From IMG/VR virus record IMGVR_UViG_3300028832_000018, positions 1-48,818 of that record: a stretch of 48,818 nt of DNA; one strand, written 5' to 3'. Of this stretch, positions 17,406 to 28,018 are shown in pieces. How positions within the stretch are numbered: position 1 is the first letter of the stretch; each line of letters starts with the position of its first letter. A program made the translations under genes and the position numbers. The DNA comes from a virus. The notes beneath the pieces are model-generated. The model was not told the DNA's origin. It saw only the letters and a program-made list of their open reading frames with translations, and did not search any database.

Positions 17406-20400
17406 ATGAATAATCAAGAAATAAGCATTAAGTTTAGTAATAAAATTAATGGTGACAAGCAATTAAAAGACTATGAGAAGAAATTGCAAAGTATTTATTC
17501 ACTTTTATCTGGAATAGAAAAAAGTCAAAATAATGTTAATAAGTCAAAAAATGAAATAAAAGAACTTTCTCAAGAAACAAAAAACACAGGAAAAAACATT
17601 GAAAAATTAGGAAATCAATTTAGTACTGCTTTCAATTTAAAATCTATGTCTGCTGTTTTAAAAAGTTCTGCCTCTTTCTTTAAACAATTAATGAATATGT
17701 CACAAAAAAGCGTTTCTTATGTAGAAAACATAAACTTATTAGAAGTTGCATATCAAAATATGAACGAAGAAATAGAAGAAAGTTCAAAAAGAATAGAAGA
17801 TTTTGTTGATAAAATGGCTGGTGTCTATGGATTAGACGAAAGCGATTTGTCAAGAAAACTTGGTGTTTTTAAACAATTAGCAAATGCTATGAAATTACCT
17901 ACGGAAACAGCAGAGAATTTATCAGAATTAATGGTAAAAATGACAAACGATATTGCATCATTATATAACCTAGACTTAAACAGAGCATCAAATGCTTTAC
18001 AATCTGCTTTAGCAGGTCAAGTAAGACCAATTCGTACTGCTACTGGTGCTGATATTACTGAAAAAACTTTACAAAATACGGTAGATAAGTTAGGCCTTGA
18101 TAGAAGCATAAGCCAGTTATCTTATGTAGAAAAAAGACTTATAATGGTTATTTCATTAACAGAACAATTAAAAAAATCACAAGGTGATTATGGTAGAACA
18201 ATAGAAAGTGCTTCTAACCAACTTCGTATTTTTAAAGAACAATGGGAAAGACTATCAAGAGCGATAGGTAATACTTTCTATCCAATATTAGAAAAAGTAT
18301 TACCTTACTTGAATGCAATATTGATGGTTTTGACAGAAATATTTAATTTAATTGCTGGTTTATTAGGCTTTAAAATGCCTGATTTTGACTATAGTGGATT
18401 AAGTGCTATGGACGATGCAACTTTAGATTTAATAGATAGTATGGATGAAGCAGGAGAATCTGCAGATAATTTAAAAAGTAAAATGTCAGGTCTAAGAGGA
18501 TTTGATAAATTAAATGTCATAACAACGCCATCAAGTTCAGGTTCTACATCTGTCGGAGGAATAAGTGGTGGAATAGACCCTAGAATAATGGATGCTTTTA
18601 ACTCGGCATTTAGCAAATATGATGATATGCTTGACAAAGTCAAATTGAAGGCTAACGATATAAAGGAAAGCATAATGAAATGGCTTGGATTTGTAAAAAA
18701 AATAAATCCATTGACTGGAGATATAGAATGGAGTTATCAAGGATTAGGTAAAACCATTGAAAATATATATAACTCTTTCAAAAAATTATCCCCATTAGTT
18801 AAAACGGTAATTGGATATATAACTGCTAAAACTTTAATATCTACATTAAAAAGTATATTAAAACTAATAGGAAGCAGTGGAATATATAAATTTTTAACTC
18901 TTTTATTATCACCTTTGAAAAAAATGATAGAATATATAAAAGTATATAAATCTATTACAGGCAATGGCCTTGATGGAATTTTGGGTGGAATAGATAGTTG
19001 GAAAGCCCACGCAACAAACGCAGAAAGATTTTCAACAGCACTTAAAGGTATGACTGTAAACGCTATAGGACTAGTTTCTATAAAAACTTCTATGGATAGC
19101 ATCAATGAAAGTGGTTCTAACTTATTAAATACATTAGGATTAGTAGGTGGTGAATTATCTACTGTTTTAGGAGGCGCTATGATTGGCGCATCAATAGGTG
19201 GTGGAACTGGTGCTATTATTGGTGCAGTAGCAGGTGCAATAGAAGGGTTAATAACAGCAATTATCAATTATAAAAGTGCAGGAGAAAAATTAATTGAGCA
19301 ACAAGAATTAGAAGTAGAAGAGTCAATAAAATTAAAACAAGCATATATAGACAGAAAAAACGCTTTAGAAGATGAAATGGACCAAACATTAGCAGTTTCA
19401 ACTCATCATCAAAGATTATTAGAGGAATTACAAGGATTAACTGACGAAAATGGAAATCTTAAAAAAGGCTATGAAGATAGGGCGCAATTTATTTTAACAA
19501 CATTAAATAATGCTTATGGAACAGAATATACATTATTAGATTTACAAACTGGTAAAACATTAGAATTAGCAGAAGCAATAAAGAAAGTTATTGAACAAGA
19601 AAGAAATAGAATTATATTAGAGGCTAATGAAAAATATTATAAAGAGGCTATAGAAAATAGAACACAGGCTTGGTATAATTACAATAAGGAATTAGAAAAA
19701 TCTAACGAATTAAATACGCAAGGGAATACAATAAGAGAAAAGATGGAAGAAATATTGGGATTGGTAGGAACAAAGCAATTTGAAAACTACGAATATACCT
19801 CTTTACTTAATGGAGAAGTTTATAAAGGGCATTATGCTTATTTACAAATGAAAAATGATTTAGCAACAACAGAAGAATTATTAGGAAAACAAAACACAAA
19901 AGTTTCAAACGCTCGTGATGTTTGGCAAGGATATAATGAAGATATTATCTTTTATGAAGATTTACAAACTGCAGTTTTAACAGAAAATGTTGAAGAGCAA
20001 AATAGATTGATAGATGAACATACAAGCAAAGTAGAAACTAGTAACGGTAAAGAAAAATTATCTTTGGCAGACCAAATATCTTATTTAAGAGAATCTAAAG
20101 AGGAAACAGTAAGAATATATGAGGAAAATGGCAAAAAAATAACTGAAGGTCAAAAAAAGAATTGGGAAAATCAAGAAAAAAATTTGGCAGAAACATTATA
20201 TAATCAATCACTAAATGTTGAAACAATGACTCCTGAAATAGCAAAGGCTTGGGGAGAATTAGGTTTAACTAATGAAAGTGAATTTCTTGATAAATTTAAA
20301 AAATTACCAGAAGATATACAAAAATATATTGTCGATGAAATGAATAGCAAAGGTTACAATATAAGTAAAGAATTACAAGATGGTATAGATAAAATAAAAC

Positions 20401-20804
20401 CAACCGTAAATGTTGAAGCAAAAACTTCTGGTGTTGCTGACGCTTTAAGAAAACTTTCTAATGTTGGTTCTTATGCAAACAAAGTTTTATCTGGTGAATG
20501 GTCTGTTTCTTATGCTATGTCACAAGCAGGTTTATGGGCAAAAGGTGGTTTACCTCCAGTAGGTCAATTATTTATTGCAAATGAAAAAGGTCCAGAACTT
20601 GTAGGACAAATTGGTGGTCAATCATTTGTAGCAAATCAAAATCAAATGATGGATTTATTAGACAAAAAGTTGGGAAGTGCTGGTCAAGTAATGAACCCTA
20701 CATTTATAATACAAGTTGGCGATGAAAAACTTGCCAGTGTAGTATTAGAAAACTTACAAGATATGGCTACTTCAAACGGTAAGCCAATAGTGATAGGAGG
20801 ATAA
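17406..20804 (+). CDS. tape measure protein
   Basis: 1132 aa, coiled-coil rich. Gly-rich hydrophobic segment GGAMIGASIGGGTGAIIGAVAGAIEG. Confidence 0.85.
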   Translation: MNNQEISIKFSNKINGDKQLKDYEKKLQSIYSLLSGIEKSQNNVNKSKNEIKELSQETKNTGKNIEKLGNQFSTAFNLKSMSAVLKSSASFFKQLMNMSQKSVSYVENINLLEVAYQNMNEEIEESSKRIEDFVDKMAGVYGLDESDLSRKLGVFKQLANAMKLPTETAENLSELMVKMTNDIASLYNLDLNRASNALQSALAGQVRPIRTATGADITEKTLQNTVDKLGLDRSISQLSYVEKRLIMVISLTEQLKKSQGDYGRTIESASNQLRIFKEQWERLSRAIGNTFYPILEKVLPYLNAILMVLTEIFNLIAGLLGFKMPDFDYSGLSAMDDATLDLIDSMDEAGESADNLKSKMSGLRGFDKLNVITTPSSSGSTSVGGISGGIDPRIMDAFNSAFSKYDDMLDKVKLKANDIKESIMKWLGFVKKINPLTGDIEWSYQGLGKTIENIYNSFKKLSPLVKTVIGYITAKTLISTLKSILKLIGSSGIYKFLTLLLSPLKKMIEYIKVYKSITGNGLDGILGGIDSWKAHATNAERFSTALKGMTVNAIGLVSIKTSMDSINESGSNLLNTLGLVGGELSTVLGGAMIGASIGGGTGAIIGAVAGAIEGLITAIINYKSAGEKLIEQQELEVEESIKLKQAYIDRKNALEDEMDQTLAVSTHHQRLLEELQGLTDENGNLKKGYEDRAQFILTTLNNAYGTEYTLLDLQTGKTLELAEAIKKVIEQERNRIILEANEKYYKEAIENRTQAWYNYNKELEKSNELNTQGNTIREKMEEILGLVGTKQFENYEYTSLLNGEVYKGHYAYLQMKNDLATTEELLGKQNTKVSNARDVWQGYNEDIIFYEDLQTAVLTENVEEQNRLIDEHTSKVETSNGKEKLSLADQISYLRESKEETVRIYEENGKKITEGQKKNWENQEKNLAETLYNQSLNVETMTPEIAKAWGELGLTNESEFLDKFKKLPEDIQKYIVDEMNSKGYNISKELQDGIDKIKPTVNVEAKTSGVADALRKLSNVGSYANKVLSGEWSVSYAMSQAGLWAKGGLPPVGQLFIANEKGPELVGQIGGQSFVANQNQMMDLLDKKLGSAGQVMNPTFIIQVGDEKLASVVLENLQDMATSNGKPIVIGG

Positions 20805-20805
20805 T

Positions 20806-21366
20806 ATGTACATATATACAAAAGATACAAAATACACAACAGGAAATAAATATTACTCTTATTCTAGTTCAACTGATGAATATGTATTACTAGAAGCAGG
20901 AACAGATTACACTATAGGTAATTCTATTCCTGCCAATAGTGTATATAGTTATTATGAATATGATAAATTATACATCAAATCTTATGGTGGTACAGGTTAT
21001 TATGAATTTCCTTATGTAATAAACGGAAGAAATACATTACCTGTTCATACAAAAGGTGCAAATGATGTAGATTTAGATAGTTATACCAATACAGCAGGAA
21101 GAACAGTTAGAAATAGAGTTAGACACGATGTTGCAACAATAGAATTTAATATACCAACAATGAGTGGTAGCGAATTAAAAAATGTATTTGCATATTCTAC
21201 AGATGTATGGTGCAGTTGTTTCTTCTTCTTTGAACCAGAATGGGACTTTGTTGAAAAGAAAATGTATAGAAGTGCAACTGTAAAATATAGCACATATTAT
21301 ATCGATGGAAATGACCCACTAAATAATACTTATACAGATATACAATTTAGTTTTGTAGAGGAATAG
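20806..21366 (+). CDS. distal tail protein (by position)
   Basis: First gene after the tape measure. 186 aa. Confidence 0.5.
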   Translation: MYIYTKDTKYTTGNKYYSYSSSTDEYVLLEAGTDYTIGNSIPANSVYSYYEYDKLYIKSYGGTGYYEFPYVINGRNTLPVHTKGANDVDLDSYTNTAGRTVRNRVRHDVATIEFNIPTMSGSELKNVFAYSTDVWCSCFFFFEPEWDFVEKKMYRSATVKYSTYYIDGNDPLNNTYTDIQFSFVEE

Positions 21367-21376
21367 GAGTGATAAT

Positions 21377-23017
21377 ATGGCTTCAGGTTCAAATGAACAA
21401 ACTAATATAATAAATACCAGTTTAAGTCCTTTTGAAGAAATAGTATATAGTGGTCAAGCAGAATATAAGTTAAAAATTGTAATAAATAATGAAGAATTAG
21501 AAAATGTTGACAATTTTTGTGAAAAATTAGTAATAAAATCAAGAGTACAAGCAGATGATGGTAAAGGGTTACTAATTTTAAACGATTTTGTATCAAAAGA
21601 TGCAACATTAACAATACATCAAGATAGTTTAGCAAGTATTTTTTCTCCAAATGATGTTGTTGAAATTTATATAGGAACATTAATTGAAGGAGATTATATA
21701 TATGACAAAATGGGTACTTTTAATGTTACCAAAATTTCAGTAAATGACAAATATAAATTTGAAATAACAATGAGAGATAATACTATATTACTTGATAAAA
21801 ATTATAATCCTACAGCAGTAATAGACATTAATAATGGTAGTGCAACATTAGGACAAATATTAGATGATATTTGTACACAATTTAACATAACAAGTAATGT
21901 AGATGAGTTTGATGGTGATGATTTATCATTTAATTTTGTTGATAGTTCAATAAAAGCAAGACAATATATAGGTTATATTGCAGAACAAGGTGGTTATATT
22001 CCTATTTTCAATAGAGATGGTGAATTAGAATTTATTGAATTACCTGATTCATCGTCAAAAGAAATACCATTAGAAATTATAGAAAAATATGATACTGGTG
22101 AAATGTTTATGCCTACAAGAGTTTTATATGAAGATGGTATAAGAAAATTTGAAGCAACAATAACAAATTATATTAATCAAAATGATACTTTATATATAGA
22201 TACAGCAAATCCATATATAACAAGTCAAACACAAATTGATAATATTGCCACTAAATTTGCAAATTTCTTCTTTGTTGCTTTTAAGTCAGGTAAAATTCTT
22301 GGTAATCCTAAAATAAATCCTTATGATTTTATATTAATAAGAATAGATGGAAGGTCTATTATTAGTTCACTTGCTAATAATACACTTACATACAATGGAC
22401 GTTTAATAATGGAATTTAACACATTAGTAAACAAAGAAAAAATAAAAGAAAATGTTACAAAAACAGGTGAGGCTACTTTCAAAAGATGGGCGAGAACAGA
22501 AGTTGATAATCTTAATAATCAAATAACAATGCAAGTAGCAAATACTGAACAAGTAATGCAAGATGTTAGTAATTTAGGCAGTACAGTTGAAAATCAAAAT
22601 ACTTTAATAAACCAAACCATTAATACATTAACAGCACAAGGTGAAAAAATAGATGTAATATCATCAAGTATTAACTTAACAGATGGTAAAGTTACAGAAG
22701 TAACAACAACAACAGGATTTACGTTTAATGCAGATGGATTAAACATTGAAAAAAGTGGTTCTCCAAATGCTTCAACTCTTGATGAAAGTGGATTGGAAAT
22801 ATTAAATAAATCAGGTTCTACTTCTGATGTGCAATTATATGCTGGTGTTGTAGATGACGCAGAAATAGCAAAAGAAAGTGAATTAACAAATTACAGAGGT
22901 CAATCTGTAACATATACAAATAACATTATCTTTAAAAAATATTTAGCAACAACAAATGGTCGTATAGAAAATGTAACAAATTCAACTTATGGAGATGGAA
23001 TAGGCTTCTTTGTATAG
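21377..23017 (+). CDS. tail-associated/baseplate protein (Tal-like, by position)
   Basis: 546 aa, second gene after the tape measure. Confidence 0.5.
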   Translation: MASGSNEQTNIINTSLSPFEEIVYSGQAEYKLKIVINNEELENVDNFCEKLVIKSRVQADDGKGLLILNDFVSKDATLTIHQDSLASIFSPNDVVEIYIGTLIEGDYIYDKMGTFNVTKISVNDKYKFEITMRDNTILLDKNYNPTAVIDINNGSATLGQILDDICTQFNITSNVDEFDGDDLSFNFVDSSIKARQYIGYIAEQGGYIPIFNRDGELEFIELPDSSSKEIPLEIIEKYDTGEMFMPTRVLYEDGIRKFEATITNYINQNDTLYIDTANPYITSQTQIDNIATKFANFFFVAFKSGKILGNPKINPYDFILIRIDGRSIISSLANNTLTYNGRLIMEFNTLVNKEKIKENVTKTGEATFKRWARTEVDNLNNQITMQVANTEQVMQDVSNLGSTVENQNTLINQTINTLTAQGEKIDVISSSINLTDGKVTEVTTTTGFTFNADGLNIEKSGSPNASTLDESGLEILNKSGSTSDVQLYAGVVDDAEIAKESELTNYRGQSVTYTNNIIFKKYLATTNGRIENVTNSTYGDGIGFFV

Positions 23018-23029
23018 GAGGTATAAGAT

Positions 23030-25363
23030 ATGATAGAAATTTTTAATGGTGCTGTATATAATATAAGTTCATCAGCAGATATTAGATTAAAGGTATGGTA
23101 CGAACACAGAAGAAGTGGTAATAAAATGGATTATCGCTTCAAATGGAGAATGTATTTATCTTATGCTAATAGTGAAACACCAAATCCTTATGCTTGGTAT
23201 TCAAACAACAGAAGAATTACATTAGTATTAAATAATTCACAAGTATATGAAAACAATTCACAAAGTAGTTCTGGTGGATGGGATACAGGTGAAATAACAA
23301 CAAGTTGGTACTCTGTAAACAATAAAACAAGTGGTACTACTCCATTCTATTTCAGAGCATTAGATACTCAAAATACAGGATGGATGAATTATACATCAGG
23401 AACATATCAATTAGCAGTTGACCCAGCAGGAAGTGTTATAGGTTCAATAAACAATTTTGAACTTGAAGACGATATAACAATTCCTATGACAGTATATAAT
23501 TCTGAATTTTCAAATGAAATAACTGTAAAATTAGGAAATACAACAATAGGCACTAGAAGTGAAACAATAACTTCTAGTGGGGATTATACACTTACTTTTT
23601 CACAAAACGAATTAAATGCAATATATCAATTATATACAGATTCAAACTTACAAAAAGAATTTACATTTGAATTAAAAACTTATAATGTAGATGCGAATGA
23701 TAATAGGACACAAGTTGGTGAAACAAGTACAACTACAGCAACAGGTATATTAACAGATTGTTCACCAGTTCTAGATGTTCCGGTATCAACAAGTATTACA
23801 TCTCCAGTACAAATTCCAGCAGATACAGTAATAAAAAATATTTCTTACATAATGTTTGGTGTATCAGCACATTCAAAAAAATATGCAAGAATATCTTCGG
23901 TAAAAGTTAATAATAATTACCTATCAAAAGTCAGTGAAAGTACAACTGGCGGAGAACATTATGTAATATATAATGGTTCAATATTAGCAAATACTAATGT
24001 TTATTATTACACAGTTGCAGACAATCGTTCTCAAGCGATTTCAGGTCAAAAAACATTTTCAGTAATTAATTATGTGCCTCTAACAATAAATGCAAATTTT
24101 GAAAGATTAAACTCAACTAGCAATAGTATAAAATTAACTTATAGTGGTAATTTTTGGGCAGGTAATTTTGGGAATGGTACTTCTGGATACCAAGATAATA
24201 CGATAACATTAAATTGGTATTATAAATTATCTACAGATACTAATTGGACGAGTGGTGGGTCATTAACTCCTACTATAAGTTCACAAAACAATACATATAG
24301 TGGTTCTTTGACATTGTCTGGAACTTATAATTATGATAAAGATTATGATTTTAAAATAGAATATTCAGACTTAGTAACAACAACAAAAGAATTTAAACAA
24401 ACAGTTATAAAAGGTTTAGGTATTCTTGAACTTTATAAAACAACAGCATTAATTAATGGTGATTTAGATGTTACAGGTCATAATACAATATTAGAAGTTT
24501 CACCAATAGAGCCAACAAATAAAGCAAAAACTTGGATTCAATATAGTCAAAATATTTTTGATGGTGTATTAGAATTGGGACAATATAATATGGCTAACGG
24601 TACTAAACAAAGTAGTACAAGTTTATATAGGTGTGCAAACAAAGTCCCAGTATTGCCAAACACAAAGTACACAATAAGTATAAATGGAGTGGCACATCAA
24701 TATTTTATGTTTTATTATAAACAAGATGAATCGTTTATAAATTATGGTGACAACAGAACAGGGACATTTACAACTCCATCTAATTGTTATTATATTACTT
24801 TTAGATGTTATGCTACTGATTATGTAAGTAATTACTCTAGTTTAAAAATACAAATTGAAAAAGGAGAAAATGCAACTCCTTATACAGAATATGAACCAGA
24901 TACAAGTATAAATGTTTATAATGGTAATGAATATGTAGAAATACCAACAGGGAAAGATTCATTAAATAATTATTCTACAAGTCAAACTGAATCTTACAGT
25001 TGTGATTTTATTAACGGAAAGGTTTTATATTCTAATTCTAGTGGTGATAATGGGACAATTCAATTAAGTGAAAGTGTTGCTAATTATAATAGTCTTGTTA
25101 TTCATTATAGAACAATTGATTATTTTTATAATAGTACCTATATTGATGACACACCTAACAATAAAAAAATTACATTATTAGGATTGTATGGAAAGGCAAA
25201 CGAAACAGCAGTATTTATAAAATCTAGAACTATTGAAATAGTAAATGACACAATATCAACTTATGATAATCAATATCAAGAAACTTGTGTCACAACTGGT
25301 GGTAATGTACTTGCAAATAATAATCATATTTTCATCACAAAAGTTGTAGGATATAAATATTAA
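23030..25363 (+). CDS. receptor-binding/tail fibre protein (by position)
   Basis: 777 aa, Asn/Ser/Thr/Tyr-rich. Last structural gene before lysis. Confidence 0.5.
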   Translation: MIEIFNGAVYNISSSADIRLKVWYEHRRSGNKMDYRFKWRMYLSYANSETPNPYAWYSNNRRITLVLNNSQVYENNSQSSSGGWDTGEITTSWYSVNNKTSGTTPFYFRALDTQNTGWMNYTSGTYQLAVDPAGSVIGSINNFELEDDITIPMTVYNSEFSNEITVKLGNTTIGTRSETITSSGDYTLTFSQNELNAIYQLYTDSNLQKEFTFELKTYNVDANDNRTQVGETSTTTATGILTDCSPVLDVPVSTSITSPVQIPADTVIKNISYIMFGVSAHSKKYARISSVKVNNNYLSKVSESTTGGEHYVIYNGSILANTNVYYYTVADNRSQAISGQKTFSVINYVPLTINANFERLNSTSNSIKLTYSGNFWAGNFGNGTSGYQDNTITLNWYYKLSTDTNWTSGGSLTPTISSQNNTYSGSLTLSGTYNYDKDYDFKIEYSDLVTTTKEFKQTVIKGLGILELYKTTALINGDLDVTGHNTILEVSPIEPTNKAKTWIQYSQNIFDGVLELGQYNMANGTKQSSTSLYRCANKVPVLPNTKYTISINGVAHQYFMFYYKQDESFINYGDNRTGTFTTPSNCYYITFRCYATDYVSNYSSLKIQIEKGENATPYTEYEPDTSINVYNGNEYVEIPTGKDSLNNYSTSQTESYSCDFINGKVLYSNSSGDNGTIQLSESVANYNSLVIHYRTIDYFYNSTYIDDTPNNKKITLLGLYGKANETAVFIKSRTIEIVNDTISTYDNQYQETCVTTGGNVLANNNHIFITKVVGYKY

Positions 25364-25376
25364 GGAGAGTGATAAT

Positions 25377-26240
25377 ATGAAAACACCACATGAATTTTAT
25401 TTAGAAACAGATGGAAAAATAATTGATATTGATGGTTCTTACGGAGGACAGTGCTGGGATTTGTTTGCACTGTTCTGCCAAGAATATATAGGATTTTATT
25501 TCTCATGTTTATGGACTGGTTATGTCGAGGATTTTTGGTATCATTTTGATGAACTACATTTAGGAGTATATTTTGAACAAATACCACCTGAAAAGTATCA
25601 TGAGTTACAAGATGGTGATTGGTTAATATGGGTAAAAAGAACTAATCAAAATTGTTGGATAACTAATTCATCCCATATTGGTATGTTTAGAAAATATAAT
25701 GATACAAACCCAGAACAAAATATTATATTACATCAAACACCAAATGGAAATCCTAATTGTACACATCAACAAGTAGCTGATTTTCTAGGATTTGTAGGTG
25801 CATTAAGACCTAAATGCTATATTACGCAAGATAAGAATTTGCCAAACCCAGTAGAAGAAAACAAAGAAGTAGACCAATTCAAAGTAAATTGTAATGATAC
25901 AATGTTTGTAAGACTAGACCATAAAACAAGTGGAGAAAGTATAGGACTTGCAAGAGAAGGTTTTTATAATATATTAAACAGATGTGATGATGATGGTTAT
26001 ACTTGGTTTGAAGTAGAAAAAAATAAATGGATTGCATTGCTACCACCTTATAGTGATTATATTCCAAAAGAAGAAAAACCAGAGCCAACTCCAGAACCTC
26101 AGCCTGAACCTCAACCTGAACCTACTCCCACTCCAGAACCAGAGCCAACACCTGAGCCAACACCTGATGAAAATATATTTATAAAAATAATTAAATTTAT
26201 AATAGAGTTAATCCAAAAAATATTTAAAAAGGAGAATTAA
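25377..26240 (+). CDS. endolysin: CHAP domain, SH3b-like domain, PE(T/Q) repeat linker, C-terminal amphipathic helix
   Basis: GSYGGQCWDLF (catalytic Cys) and SSHIGMF (His). YTWFEVEKNKWIAL is SH3b-like. PEPTPEPQPEPQPEPTPTPEPEPTPEPTP. C-terminal IFIKIIKFIIELIQKIFKK. Confidence 0.75.
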   Translation: MKTPHEFYLETDGKIIDIDGSYGGQCWDLFALFCQEYIGFYFSCLWTGYVEDFWYHFDELHLGVYFEQIPPEKYHELQDGDWLIWVKRTNQNCWITNSSHIGMFRKYNDTNPEQNIILHQTPNGNPNCTHQQVADFLGFVGALRPKCYITQDKNLPNPVEENKEVDQFKVNCNDTMFVRLDHKTSGESIGLAREGFYNILNRCDDDGYTWFEVEKNKWIALLPPYSDYIPKEEKPEPTPEPQPEPQPEPTPTPEPEPTPEPTPDENIFIKIIKFIIELIQKIFKKEN

Positions 26241-26241
26241 T

Positions 26242-26466
26242 ATGAAAAAAATAAAAGCATTTTTAAAAAATGATATAGTAGAAAGATGTTATAAGACATT
26301 TTTTCAAGCATTTATAGGAACATTAATAACAATTAATGTAGCAGATATTAAAACATTTGATAATGTAAAAACAATATTAATTTCTTGTATAATTGCTGGT
26401 GTATCTGCTGTATGGAATATAATAAAAACACTTATAGACAATAAGTTAAATAAAGAAGGAAAATAA
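26242..26466 (+). CDS. holin
   Basis: 74 aa, directly after the endolysin. ERCYKTFFQAFIGTLITI plus a second TM segment ILISCIIAGVSAVWNII. Confidence 0.7.
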   Translation: MKKIKAFLKNDIVERCYKTFFQAFIGTLITINVADIKTFDNVKTILISCIIAGVSAVWNIIKTLIDNKLNKEGK

Positions 26467-26479
26467 ACCTTCTTTTTTT
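26453..26479 (+). terminator. Rho-independent terminator after the lysis cassette
   Basis: 7-bp stem aagaagg/ccttctt, then a T-tract. Confidence 0.7.
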
Positions 26480-26501
26480 AAAACTAATTTGAAACTTTAT
26501 G

Positions 26502-26529
26502 TTGACATATTAAAATATCGTGGTATAAT
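26502..26529 (+). promoter_or_regulatory. sigma-A type promoter (extended -10) of the replication module
   Basis: ttgaca (26502-26507), 16-nt spacer ending cgtgg, tataat (26524-26529). Confidence 0.65.
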
Positions 26530-26553
26530 TAGAAGCAAGATAGGAGGAAGAAA

Positions 26554-26778
26554 ATGGAAAATAGTTATTATGAATTAAAAGAAGTAAATATTCGTTATAG
26601 ACATACAGAAACTATAATAGAATATGAAGTAGTAAATTATGACGGAGATGAAGAAAAACTTCAAAAAATGTTAGAAGAATTAAATGAAAAATGTATGTTT
26701 TATGAAACTTTTTATGATAATTCAAACACTTTAAACGGACATAGAATAATAGAAAAAGATATAATAAATTTAGACTAG
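26554..26778 (+). CDS. hypothetical acidic protein
   Basis: RBS aggagg. No recognisable motif. Confidence 0.55.
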   Translation: MENSYYELKEVNIRYRHTETIIEYEVVNYDGDEEKLQKMLEELNEKCMFYETFYDNSNTLNGHRIIEKDIINLD

Positions 26779-26792
26779 AGAAGAGGTGTAAA

Positions 26793-27035
26793 ATGAGCCA
26801 AAATATGTGGAGAAATATTAGAATAGAACACAATGTTTCTATAAATGAAGTTGCTAAAAAAATAGGCTGTACAAGGCAAATGGTTTCTTTAATGGAACTT
26901 GGAAGACGAAAAAAGAGTTTAGAATATCAAATTTTTATTCTTGAATTAAGAGGTTTTAAAGAAGATATAATAAATGCAAACTATTTAAAGGAGATTTTAA
27001 ATGAAAATAAAAGAATTGAGAAAAGAACTTTATAA
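26793..27035 (+). CDS. XRE-family HTH transcriptional regulator (Cro/CI-type)
   Basis: VSINEVAKKIGCTRQMVSLMELGRR. Confidence 0.7.
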   Translation: MSQNMWRNIRIEHNVSINEVAKKIGCTRQMVSLMELGRRKKSLEYQIFILELRGFKEDIINANYLKEILNENKRIEKRTL

Positions 27036-27237
27036 GATATTTAAAATTGTAAAAATAAAAGACGAAAACAAAAAAATAAGAACATTACTTGCAGACCAAA
27101 TAAAAGCAAATGATGAACTTGCTACAGAAAGAGATTTTTATAAAGTAAATTATGAAAATGCTAATTTAAAATTAATTGAATTAAAAAGAGAAATTAAAGA
27201 AATTAAAGAAAAAAAGGAGAGCAACGATGGAAAGTAA
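27001..27237 (+). CDS. hypothetical coiled-coil protein
   Basis: RBS aaaggag. Lys/Glu-rich. Confidence 0.5.
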   Translation: MKIKELRKELYKIFKIVKIKDENKKIRTLLADQIKANDELATERDFYKVNYENANLKLIELKREIKEIKEKKESNDGK

Positions 27238-28018
27238 AAAATATTACTATTTAAAATTAAAAGACAATTTTTATGAAAGTGATTCAATGATTTTATTAGA
27301 AAGTATGGAAAATGGATATTTATATTCTAATATTCTTATGAAAATGTATTTAAGAAGTTTAAAATCAGGTGGGAGATTAATGTTAAATGATAGAATACCA
27401 TACAATCCTGAAATGTTAAGTAAAGTATTAGGACATAATGTCGATGTGGTTAAAAATGCAATAAAAATATTTAAAGAACTTGATTTAATAGATATTTTAG
27501 ACAATGGAGCAATTTATATGTTAGATATTCAAAATTATATAGGTCAAAGTTCAACTGATGGTGACAGAAAAAGGCTTTATAGAAAGCAAATTAATGATGA
27601 AAAATTGCTAATAGGACAAAAAGTGGACGAATGTCCGGACATTCAACCACCAGAGATAGATATAGATATAGATATAGAGAAAGAGATAAATAATAATAAT
27701 ATAATATATAATAGCAACGGTGATGAAAAATTTATAAAACCTACTTTAGAAGAAGTAGAAGAATATTGCAAAGAAAGAAAAAACAATATTGATGCAAACA
27801 AATTTATAAGTTATTATGAAAGTGTAGGCTGGAAAGTTGGCAAACATTTAATGAAAAGTTGGAAAGCCTGTGTAAGAACTTGGGAAAATAATAATTCAAA
27901 TAATAATTTTAAAAAACAAGAAATAAAACCTAATTGGTGGGATAAAGAAATAGAAGAAGAACACGACCCTGAAAAACAAAAATTAATGGAAGCAATATTA
28001 AATGGAATCAAAAATTAA
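27227..28018 (+). CDS. phage replisome organizer (DnaD-like)
   Basis: N-terminus YYYLKLKDNFYESDSMILLESMENGYLYSNILMKMYL is typical of replisome-organizer N-domains. C-terminus has a FISYYESVGWKVG...W motif. Confidence 0.7.
   Translation: MESKKYYYLKLKDNFYESDSMILLESMENGYLYSNILMKMYLRSLKSGGRLMLNDRIPYNPEMLSKVLGHNVDVVKNAIKIFKELDLIDILDNGAIYMLDIQNYIGQSSTDGDRKRLYRKQINDEKLLIGQKVDECPDIQPPEIDIDIDIEKEINNNNIIYNSNGDEKFIKPTLEEVEEYCKERKNNIDANKFISYYESVGWKVGKHLMKSWKACVRTWENNNSNNNFKKQEIKPNWWDKEIEEEHDPEKQKLMEAILNGIKN
27653..27715. repeat. GATATA-type microsatellite/AT-rich tract inside the organizer gene (candidate ori)
   Basis: gagatagatatagatatagatatagagaaagagataaataataataatataatatataat, read directly. Confidence 0.6.

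Noticed and set aside
18389-19267. Minus-strand ORFs of up to 176 aa inside the tape-measure gene, and similar antisense ORFs inside capsid, terminase, RecT, integrase and other genes
   Set aside because: These are shadow ORFs opposite long, well-supported genes. They have biased composition and no translation signals.
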